From a virus (lineage: Duplodnaviria > Caudoviricetes), in IMG/VR virus record IMGVR_UViG_651703101_000001, positions 32,001-96,000 of that record: a DNA stretch of 64,000 nucleotides, one strand, 5' to 3'. Shown here one piece after another: positions 1 through 8,208 of the stretch; position 1 is the first letter of the stretch; every line of letters begins with the position of its first letter. The position numbers and the translations under genes are program-made. The notes beneath the pieces were generated by a model. The model saw nothing but the letters and a program-made list of their open reading frames with translations, was not told where the DNA came from and did no database searches.

Positions 1-36
1 TTTACAATAAATAATGTTAGTATCTCATGGCCATGA

Positions 37-339
37 ATGTTTAAATACATAAAAACAAAGGCCAATAATAATAGTGTAAGTCAAAATAGGCAAATGGTTT
101 GGTCTGGCATCACGACTGCAGTTCTAGCTAGTCTAATAGTAAGTGTTGGACAACCACTATGGGATATTGCTGTAATTAATCCTCTAATACTTGCAAGACT
201 AAGGCAAGATTTTGAATATCAAAAGAGTAAACTTGCAAATATTGAGGAAAGATTAGATACTCAAGATAAACTTTTAATACAAATAGACCAAAGACTCATT
301 CAATTAAAGGAAAGATTGGATAAAAGTAATATAAAATAA
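37..339 (+). CDS. hypothetical membrane protein (one TM helix plus C-terminal coiled coil)
   Basis: Hydrophobic WSGITTAVLASLIVSVG followed by a heptad-rich tail; TAAATA upstream. Confidence 0.6.
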   Translation: MFKYIKTKANNNSVSQNRQMVWSGITTAVLASLIVSVGQPLWDIAVINPLILARLRQDFEYQKSKLANIEERLDTQDKLLIQIDQRLIQLKERLDKSNIK

Positions 340-341
340 TA

Positions 342-554
342 TTACTTTTTAATTCTACCACAAGAATACCCTTCTGGAATTACAGTGGTAGATGAAATAT
401 ACTTTTCGTCAGTTCCGTTATTGATCCATTTCCACAATTTGCTACCTGGAGTTCCTACTTTATTCCATATTTCTTTGTTCGGAGGATTCTTGAAATATCT
501 GATTTCTCCTGTTACTTTGTGTTGATATCTTTTAGTTCCTTTTGGGAGTGCCAT
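342..554 (-). CDS. small basic protein resembling homing-endonuclease-associated DNA-binding modules
   Basis: KWINNG...IPEGYSCGR motif; ATG at 554; minus-strand TAAATA at 579-584. Confidence 0.5.
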   Translation of the reverse strand: MALPKGTKRYQHKVTGEIRYFKNPPNKEIWNKVGTPGSKLWKWINNGTDEKYISSTTVIPEGYSCGRIKK

Positions 555-578
555 GATCAATTATAATGAATATATGGT

Positions 579-593
579 TATTTATCCTAAATA
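579..593. promoter_or_regulatory. back-to-back late promoters (TAAATA on each strand)
   Basis: tattta at 579-584 and taaata at 588-593. The same core precedes late genes at 2818, 4106, 4785, 8178, 11304, 13222, 16066, 16088, 18683, 19846, 21778, 22872, 37573 (+) and 36192, 37120, 37591, 41060, 47520, 47770, 51885, 53103, 56628, 57547, 59502, 59870 (-). Confidence 0.8.
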
Positions 594-611
594 GAAGAAA
601 AGTACATTCTT

Positions 612-1757
612 ATGTCCATAGCCTCTCCACAGAACAGAAAAGAGTTCAAAGAGTATATTTTGCATAAATTAGGAAAACCCGTACTAGAAATCAACGTCGC
701 TGACGAACAGATTGATTTAGCAATTAACGATGCATTTCAATATTTTCACGAAAGAGAACATTTTAACGGCACAGAAAGAGTATTCTATCGTTTGAGAGTC
801 GAACAGCCTCTTTTAGACTTCTTTGAGACTGCTAGACTACAAGAGACCGCACAATCTGCAGTCCCTCAAGTACCTGGAGCTGGTGCAGTTGATCAACTTA
901 CATTGGTCACGCCTGGTACAAATTACACTCCAACCACAGATGGTTCAGAAACACGTTCAAATCAACCCACAGCACCCGCGAACTCTGGTGTGACAGGGAC
1001 AGGATTAACGGTCAATTGGGGTGAATCTAGGACCGTTTCTGGTGGATTGGTGAGCGTATCGATATATTCAGCAGGGGAAGGATATAGTGTTGGAGATCAA
1101 GTCATCATTAGTGGTGGTAATAATGATGCTGTATTTCAAGTCACTGCAGTAAAAGATCAAACCCCACTGTATGGAGTTGAAATTGTTGAACAACAACGAA
1201 ATTGGATTACTTTACCTGATGATGTTATAGGTGTTACGAAAGTGTTTAAAGTTGGGAGTTCTTCCAATCTTATGACTGGAGGTGTAATTCCGGCCGCTTT
1301 CTTTACAAATCCATTTCTGAATGGAGGATTTAGCAATTCTGGAGGTATGCAATTTGATTTAGTGTCATGGTATACCATGCAAGAATATTTGAATACATTG
1401 AATTTTCTTCTAAGACCACCAGTAGTATTCAATTTTAATCAAAGAACACATAGATTACATATTCATTCTAATACTACATTACGATTGGGTGATTATTTGT
1501 TGATGGAATGTTCAGTAAAACCATCACCAGATGTGTATCCTGATATCTGGAACGACATGTGGTTAAAAAAGTATGCTACTGCACTCGTAAAATATCAATG
1601 GGGTGTCAATTTAACTAAACATACTGATGTAAAATTGCCCGGTGGTATCACTTTAAACGGTGAAATGATTTATAACGAGGCAAAACAAGAAATTGCAGAA
1701 ATTATACAAAAATTTGCCATGGATTGGGCAGATCCTGTTCTCGATTTGGTAGGTTAA
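612..1757 (+). CDS. gp13: neck protein gp13
   Basis: LGKPVLEINVADEQI N-terminus; WLKKYATALVKYQWGVNL and LPGGITLNG; synteny. Confidence 0.93.
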   Translation: MSIASPQNRKEFKEYILHKLGKPVLEINVADEQIDLAINDAFQYFHEREHFNGTERVFYRLRVEQPLLDFFETARLQETAQSAVPQVPGAGAVDQLTLVTPGTNYTPTTDGSETRSNQPTAPANSGVTGTGLTVNWGESRTVSGGLVSVSIYSAGEGYSVGDQVIISGGNNDAVFQVTAVKDQTPLYGVEIVEQQRNWITLPDDVIGVTKVFKVGSSSNLMTGGVIPAAFFTNPFLNGGFSNSGGMQFDLVSWYTMQEYLNTLNFLLRPPVVFNFNQRTHRLHIHSNTTLRLGDYLLMECSVKPSPDVYPDIWNDMWLKKYATALVKYQWGVNLTKHTDVKLPGGITLNGEMIYNEAKQEIAEIIQKFAMDWADPVLDLVG

Positions 1758-1758
1758 T

Positions 1759-2814
1759 ATGCCATCAACTAGCACATTTTTCTCTAATGTTACCGGATAT
1801 TCTGGTGAAGAGGCTCTGATTGACTCATTGGTGATTGAACAGATCACTCTATATGGTCTAGATGTCATGTACATGCCCAGAAAAATGGTCAATTTTGATA
1901 AATTGACCAATGAATCTACAAAATCACTGTTTGAACTTGCTCTTTCCATTCCAATGTATGTGAAAAGTTACTCTGGATATAACAATGGGATGGAGCTTTT
2001 GACAAAATTTGGGGTAAGAGCATCAGATGAGCTCACTATGGTACTCTCAAAGAGTCAATTTGAGACCTATTATTCACCCTATCTTAAGAGTTATTATCAA
2101 TCAATCAATGGAACAGGACCAAATTCTGAACTTAATGAACTAGAAGGCCAAACAGAATATAAACCAAAAGAAGGAGATTTGGTTTATTTTCCATTTGATA
2201 ATGGATTGTTTGAAATAAAATATGTAAATACTGATGGTGAATTCTTTCAATTTGGAAGAAATTATGTTTTTGAAATTACATTAGAAAGATTTGAATATTC
2301 TGGTGAGAAATTTAATACTTCAATTGAAGAAGTTGATATGATTCAAACTCAAACTCAATACTATAGACTTGAATTTGAATTGAATCCGAACGGAATTGAA
2401 ACATTTGTGTTCAATGAAGAGGTTCACATCTATAAAATTCCAGAAGATATCGATGAACCGGGATATCAAGGCCCACAGACTGAAGACTTTAGATTCTATA
2501 ATTCTTCAGGAATACTAGAGCCCATGGAATATGTACGAGGAAATGTCATGAAATGGGATAAAACTACCGGCATTCTTGTCGTTGGTCAGTTGGACAATCA
2601 AGATCCAACACAAAGAGATCCAATAACTTTGAATGTTGATATTGATAAATTAAGTAATGTTCTCATCATAGGTCAACAAAGTGGTGCAGAATATAGATCA
2701 ATTAGTGCAAAGAAAGAACGTGTAGCATTTGATGATCACGCTGAAATTCAAGAAGAATTCGATATTATTAAAGTAGTAGATCCGGGGGATGAAGCCCCAT
2801 TTGGATTTATCTGA
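1759..2814 (+). CDS. gp14: neck protein gp14
   Basis: EQITLYGLDVMYMPR, KFGVRASDE, PKEGDLVYFP, FFQFG; follows gp13. Confidence 0.92.
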   Translation: MPSTSTFFSNVTGYSGEEALIDSLVIEQITLYGLDVMYMPRKMVNFDKLTNESTKSLFELALSIPMYVKSYSGYNNGMELLTKFGVRASDELTMVLSKSQFETYYSPYLKSYYQSINGTGPNSELNELEGQTEYKPKEGDLVYFPFDNGLFEIKYVNTDGEFFQFGRNYVFEITLERFEYSGEKFNTSIEEVDMIQTQTQYYRLEFELNPNGIETFVFNEEVHIYKIPEDIDEPGYQGPQTEDFRFYNSSGILEPMEYVRGNVMKWDKTTGILVVGQLDNQDPTQRDPITLNVDIDKLSNVLIIGQQSGAEYRSISAKKERVAFDDHAEIQEEFDIIKVVDPGDEAPFGFI

Positions 2815-2844
2815 AACTAAATAAAGAAAAGGTAAAGAATCATT

Positions 2845-3693
2845 ATGTTAGGTGGACGTTACTATTATCATCAAATATTAAGAAAGAGTATCATTGCGTT
2901 TGCAACTTTATTCAACAATATTGTAGTAAAAAGAAGAGCAGTTCCTGGTGTTTCAAATAACGAAACAATAGAAACATATAAAGTTCCTATTCAATATGGA
3001 CCATATGAAAAATGGTTAGCTATAATTGCTGCTAAAGCAAAAGATGTTAAACCATCTACACAAATTACACTTCCCAGAATTTCATTTCAAATCAAAGGAA
3101 TGACATATGACGGATCGCGCAAAGTTGTTCCTACTCAATATATGAGAAGTGTCCCATCAGAAACTACCACTTCAAATAATCAACCAGTTCAATTTAAACA
3201 ATATATGCCAGTACCATATAATCTGGAAGTTGAACTATCAGTATTGACTAAAACACAAGACGATGGACTGCAAATTATTGAACAAATTCTACCCAATTTT
3301 CATCCATCACTTAACGTTTCTATTGAAGTTATTGACGAAACACACGAAGAAAGAGATATTGCCATCATTTTAAACGGAATCAGTTATATTGACGACTACG
3401 AAGGTGATTATACACAAAGAGGTACAACAATATGGACCCTAAACTTTACAGTTAAGACTTATCTGTTTGGACCAGTTGATGTCGAGAAAGATATTCGTAA
3501 GGTTGTCCTTGATTACAGAACAGATATTGTCAATCGTCCTGCAGAGCTTCGTTATTCTGCAGAAGTAGCATCCACCGATGTTCCTCCTATTCCTAGAAAT
3601 GAAATAGATCCGACTACTGACAATTATACTGTCGTTGAAACTTATGAGGATGTATTTTCATCGGATAACGACTTCTTTGGACTAACGCCATGA
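2845..3693 (+). CDS. gp15: tail sheath stabilizer/terminator gp15
   Basis: YHQILRKSIIAFATLFNNI, VPIQYGP, LPRISF, QIIEQILPNF. Confidence 0.93.
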   Translation: MLGGRYYYHQILRKSIIAFATLFNNIVVKRRAVPGVSNNETIETYKVPIQYGPYEKWLAIIAAKAKDVKPSTQITLPRISFQIKGMTYDGSRKVVPTQYMRSVPSETTTSNNQPVQFKQYMPVPYNLEVELSVLTKTQDDGLQIIEQILPNFHPSLNVSIEVIDETHEERDIAIILNGISYIDDYEGDYTQRGTTIWTLNFTVKTYLFGPVDVEKDIRKVVLDYRTDIVNRPAELRYSAEVASTDVPPIPRNEIDPTTDNYTVVETYEDVFSSDNDFFGLTP

Positions 3694-4112
3694 AACCATT
3701 TGAATCTTTAGATCAAGCTTTGGATATCACTCCAATGGAACAAGAATTAGGTGAGCTCAAAAAAGCAACCTCTAGTTCTATTGCGGTTCGTGATAAAGAA
3801 GAAGATAAAGAAAGAGACTATCAACACATCAGGAACGAACTGTATTCACTAATTGAAAAAGGTCAAACTTTAATTGATGGAGTGATGGATGTTGCAGAAC
3901 AGTCTCAGCACCCACGAGCATATGAAGTTGCGATCAACTCAGTCAAAAATGTGTCAGAGATTGCAGAGAAGTTGATGGATCTTCATAAGAAACTAAACGA
4001 TGTTTCCACAGAAGAAACAAAAATTTCACAAACAAATGTTCAAAATAATGTGTTTGTTGCGGGAACAACTTCAGAAATTATGAAAATGTTAAAAGATGCC
4101 AACACTAAATAG
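3690..4112 (+). CDS. gp16: terminase small subunit gp16
   Basis: DYQHIRNELYSLIEKG, HPRAYEV, NNVFVAGTTSE. Confidence 0.92.
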   Translation: MKPFESLDQALDITPMEQELGELKKATSSSIAVRDKEEDKERDYQHIRNELYSLIEKGQTLIDGVMDVAEQSQHPRAYEVAINSVKNVSEIAEKLMDLHKKLNDVSTEETKISQTNVQNNVFVAGTTSEIMKMLKDANTK

Positions 4113-4131
4113 TTAAAATAAGAGAAGTTCT

Positions 4132-4791
4132 ATGAGAACATTTGAGTCATTTTTGGCAGAAGCAGATGAAATGGGATTGCAATCCAGACTACAATCTGGT
4201 CAAGTCAATCCACAACAAGCAAAAATTCTGGCACAACGTCGGGCTAAAAGAGATTCAATTTCTGCACAGAAATCACCTGCTAGTCGGTCACCAATGCAGA
4301 CCAAAACAAAAAACTGGATCAAGAGAGCTGGTAGAGCTATTGTCGGACCAAGTGTAGGGGAAGTATTCCGTTCTGGTGACACCCCCAAAACTAACACCCC
4401 CAAAACTAACACAACTAAACCGACACCAAAGGCACTACCCCCAGCATCCGGCGGAAAAGTAGTACCAAGTCCTGCAGGTAAATTGGCAGCAAGTAAACCA
4501 TCTCCAGGTGGAAAATTAGTAGCACCACCTATTCAGAGAATCAATACAAAAACAGTCCCTACTCCTCAACAAAAGAAACCAGAAAGTTCTTCAGTTCCAA
4601 AACCACCAAAGACACCAAAAGAAAAGGATCCTAAAAAGAAAGGTAACAATCTCAAAAAGGCTTGGCAAATTGGTAAGAAGCTTCTAAAGAATCCAAAGAA
4701 AACAGTTGATACTTTTGGATCCGGTAATTTGGAAGGTCTACGTGTCATCGGTGCACCTACCAGTGGTAGATTTACTGTAAATTCTAAATAA
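4132..4791 (+). CDS. Pro/Lys-rich late protein, putative capsid-internal protein
   Basis: MRTFESFLAE N-terminus, very basic low-complexity body, own TAAATA at 4106. Confidence 0.6.
   Translation: MRTFESFLAEADEMGLQSRLQSGQVNPQQAKILAQRRAKRDSISAQKSPASRSPMQTKTKNWIKRAGRAIVGPSVGEVFRSGDTPKTNTPKTNTTKPTPKALPPASGGKVVPSPAGKLAASKPSPGGKLVAPPIQRINTKTVPTPQQKKPESSSVPKPPKTPKEKDPKKKGNNLKKAWQIGKKLLKNPKKTVDTFGSGNLEGLRVIGAPTSGRFTVNSK
4380..4412 (+). repeat. 15-bp tandem duplication (cacccccaaaactaa x2)
   Basis: Encodes TPKTN TPKTN. Confidence 0.8.
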
Positions 4792-4813
4792 AAACAATAA
4801 CCTATAATACAAG

Positions 4814-6364
4814 ATGTCAAATAGAATCCAGGATGAATTACTTGATGTGTTCCTAGAAACACAAAACGAAGAAGTATCCTTCGATAAATTAAGAACCCAA
4901 TGCATCCAAGAAGGAATTGACAATATTAAAGATCGGATTCGTGATATCGAAATTAAACCTAGTGGATATACAAATTCTCTTTCTCAATCAACTAAAGACA
5001 CTCCTGTTGATAAGTCAAGTAAGCTAAAATCAATAGGTGATAAAGCATATAATACTTATAGAAAAGAAATTAAACCAAAAGAAGAGAAAAAAGTAGAGGA
5101 AAAGCCATCCACCATTGCAGGCCGGGCCGATGTTGAAGCGCGTATGCGAGAGTTGGTGAAAACTCGAAACGGTGGAGACTATGGTAGATCATCAGTTTCT
5201 GGACCAAATGGCAGTGGGAATGTTAATGATGGTTCTAGTTCACTGAACGTTGGTCTATATCCCACATCCCTCACTATAGAAGAATACGAAAACTATATTA
5301 ATTCTTTGTTTGAAAAGACAATAACTATTAAGGAAGATGTAACTCATGAAATTAATTCAAATCTTCCAACTATAGTAGAAGAAATAGACTCACCTCTATC
5401 TGAAGCCGTAGAGGAATTAGAAGAGAAACTACTTGAACTTGAGGATGGATCTTGGCAAGCCATAGATACTCTCATGCGTTCTATTTGTAAAGAACATAAT
5501 ATTACACCAAAAGAGTTACACAAGGAGTTTAAAAAGACTCACGGAATGATTCCTGATGATTGGCTCAAGGAACAAAAACAAGTAACCGAAACCTGTGGCT
5601 GGTTCCCACTAGATGAAGTTGTCAGAATAAACAAAGTTGGTATGGTATATGAAGTGACATTTATGTTCAGAGGAATGACACAAAGACTTAAGTTCTTCTG
5701 GCCAGAAGTCAATCGTCCAACTAAAGCCAAAATGCAACAGGCTGTAGAAAAATTATATCCTACAGCTAAGTTGCTAGTATTCTATCCATCGATGGATCAG
5801 AAAGCAAACTCAATGGTCATTCTTTCTCCACTTGGAGAATATTATGATCCTTTCCAAGAAGATGATTGGGGCTTAATGTCCGAAGAGGCAACTCTAATTT
5901 ATGAAGAGATCTGCACAGAAGAAGGAGAACCCCTCACACCACCATATATGGTAGATGAAAATACATATGAAATCGTAGTTGAAGACTTTGATACCGGTGA
6001 AGAAAAGATTATTCGTTTTGAAGAAGTTCGTAAGGATGACAACGGAAACTCTTCATGCTGGGATGGATATGTGAAGAAAGGTCTGAAGAAAAAGGGCGGA
6101 AAGATGGTTAATAATTGTGTTAAGGAAGAGGGACCGTCTCTATCTGTTGGTAGAGGTGAAAAACTATCTGTGGAAGCCGGCGGGGGGTTGACTGCTAAAG
6201 GGAGAGCAAAATATAACAGGGCAACAGGCTCTAACTTAAAACCACCAGTAACCTCAGACAATCCAAGTCCTGCTGATGCAGAAAGAAGAAAAAGATTTTG
6301 TTCTAGAAGTAGAAGCTGGAACGGAGAAAGAGGTAAGGCCGCTCGTCGTAGATGGAAGTGCTGA
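4814..6364 (+). CDS. multi-module late protein with a CWDGY...NCVKEE module and a DUF6321-like C-terminus
   Basis: SCWDGYVKKGLKKKGGKMVNNCVKEE and GGLTAKGRAKYNRATGSNLK...RFCSR...RRRWKC; TAAATA at 4785. Confidence 0.65.
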   Translation: MSNRIQDELLDVFLETQNEEVSFDKLRTQCIQEGIDNIKDRIRDIEIKPSGYTNSLSQSTKDTPVDKSSKLKSIGDKAYNTYRKEIKPKEEKKVEEKPSTIAGRADVEARMRELVKTRNGGDYGRSSVSGPNGSGNVNDGSSSLNVGLYPTSLTIEEYENYINSLFEKTITIKEDVTHEINSNLPTIVEEIDSPLSEAVEELEEKLLELEDGSWQAIDTLMRSICKEHNITPKELHKEFKKTHGMIPDDWLKEQKQVTETCGWFPLDEVVRINKVGMVYEVTFMFRGMTQRLKFFWPEVNRPTKAKMQQAVEKLYPTAKLLVFYPSMDQKANSMVILSPLGEYYDPFQEDDWGLMSEEATLIYEEICTEEGEPLTPPYMVDENTYEIVVEDFDTGEEKIIRFEEVRKDDNGNSSCWDGYVKKGLKKKGGKMVNNCVKEEGPSLSVGRGEKLSVEAGGGLTAKGRAKYNRATGSNLKPPVTSDNPSPADAERRKRFCSRSRSWNGERGKAARRRWKC

Positions 6365-6370
6365 TTTGTA

Positions 6371-8074
6371 ATGCAGGATACCGCTTATAAGGCCAATCCC
6401 CTCCTTAAACAAAGGGGAGTAAAAATTGATTATACAAAGGAACAGATTGCTGAACTCATCAAGTGTTCCCAGGATCCTGAATATTTTCTAGAGAATTACA
6501 TCAAGATTATCTCTCTGGATCATGGTATTATTCCATTCAAACCATATAATTTTCAAAGAAAATTAGTAAATTCTTTTCATGATAATCGATTTACTATATG
6601 TAAGCTACCTAGACAGTGTGGTAAGTCAACTACAGTTACTGCCTATTTGATCCATCAGGCCATCTTTAGAGATAATATTAACATTGCTATTCTTGCGAAC
6701 AAACGAGAAACTGCATATGAGTTGATGGCCAAACTTCAATTATCATATGAGAACCTACCGAAGTGGATGCAACAAGGTGTTCTAGGTTGGAACAAAGGAT
6801 CTATTGAATTAGAAAACGGTTCTAGAATTACTGCATCATCTACATCATCATCTGCTGTTCGTGGATTTGCATATAACATCGTAATGCTTGACGAATTTGC
6901 GTTCGTCCCAACAAACGTTGCAGATGACTTCTTCTCATCTGTATATCCTACAATTTCGTCTGGTAAATCTACAAAGGTAATCATTGTTTCCACTCCTTGT
7001 GGTATGAACCACTTCTATAAAATGTGGACAGATGCGACAAAAGGAAGAAACTCATATAATCCAATTGAAGCACATTGGAGTGAGGTCCCAGGTAGAGACG
7101 AGAAGTTCAAACAAGAAACTATTGCCAACACATCTCTATCTCAGTGGCAACAAGAATTTGAAACCGACTTCATCGGTTCGGTTGGAACTTTAATCAATCC
7201 AGCAAAACTAAAATCTCTGGTATATGATGAGCCTTTACTTTCTTCTGGTGGATTAGATGTATACGAACATCCAATCATGAAGGATGAGAACGATGAAAAT
7301 TCTAGAGATCATGAGTATATGATTACTGTTGACGTATCTAGAGGAATGAAACTGGATTATTCGGCATTTCTTGTATTTGATATTACACAGTATCCACATA
7401 GATTAGTAGCAAAATATAGGAACAATGAGATTAAACCTATGCTGTTCCCTGATGTCATTGTGCCTGTAGCTAAAAAGTACAACAATGCATGGATTCTATG
7501 TGAAGTGAATGATATTGGTGATCAAGTAGCTTCTATCATTTTCTATGATATGGAATATCCAAACCTGCTTATGACTTCGATGAGAGGTAGGGCAGGACAA
7601 GTGTTAGGCCATGGATTCTCTGGTGGTAAAACTCAACTAGGCCTAAAGATGGCCAAGGCCCCTAAGAAACTAGGATCGTCTAACATGAAACAGATGGTAG
7701 AAAGTGACAAAGTTATATTCAAAGACTTTCAACTTATCAACGAACTCACAACTTTCATCGAAAAAAGAGGATCATTTGAAGCACAAGATGGTTGTAATGA
7801 TGACCTAGTAATGTGTCTTCTAATCTATGCATGGGCCTGTGCACAGGATTACTTTAAAGAACTTACCGACCAAAGTATCCGTCAAGAACTTTACGAAAAA
7901 GATAAAGATACTCTCGAAGAAGATATGTCTCCATTTGGATTCATCGTAGATGGATTAGATAGTGGTTTTGAAATTGAGAAAGATGGAACTATTTGGGAGA
8001 AAGTAGAGATCGACGAGTACGGTACTACTTCTGGAAATTGGCAATGGGGAGAAGCAAATACAGCTTGGTGGTAA
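6371..8074 (+). CDS. gp17: terminase large subunit gp17
   Basis: Walker A PRQCGKST, Walker B VMLDEFAF, nuclease VDVSRG and NDDLVM. Confidence 0.97.
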   Translation: MQDTAYKANPLLKQRGVKIDYTKEQIAELIKCSQDPEYFLENYIKIISLDHGIIPFKPYNFQRKLVNSFHDNRFTICKLPRQCGKSTTVTAYLIHQAIFRDNINIAILANKRETAYELMAKLQLSYENLPKWMQQGVLGWNKGSIELENGSRITASSTSSSAVRGFAYNIVMLDEFAFVPTNVADDFFSSVYPTISSGKSTKVIIVSTPCGMNHFYKMWTDATKGRNSYNPIEAHWSEVPGRDEKFKQETIANTSLSQWQQEFETDFIGSVGTLINPAKLKSLVYDEPLLSSGGLDVYEHPIMKDENDENSRDHEYMITVDVSRGMKLDYSAFLVFDITQYPHRLVAKYRNNEIKPMLFPDVIVPVAKKYNNAWILCEVNDIGDQVASIIFYDMEYPNLLMTSMRGRAGQVLGHGFSGGKTQLGLKMAKAPKKLGSSNMKQMVESDKVIFKDFQLINELTTFIEKRGSFEAQDGCNDDLVMCLLIYAWACAQDYFKELTDQSIRQELYEKDKDTLEEDMSPFGFIVDGLDSGFEIEKDGTIWEKVEIDEYGTTSGNWQWGEANTAWW

Positions 8075-8208
8075 TACGGTAAAAGATATCAGTCGTCATC
8101 TATAGTATAGTAACATTCTACCATAAAAATATTTGTTATATTTAATTAGTGTAACTGAGTGAAAATATACTTTTATCTAAATAGAATTGATTTATAAGAG
8201 GTATACTG

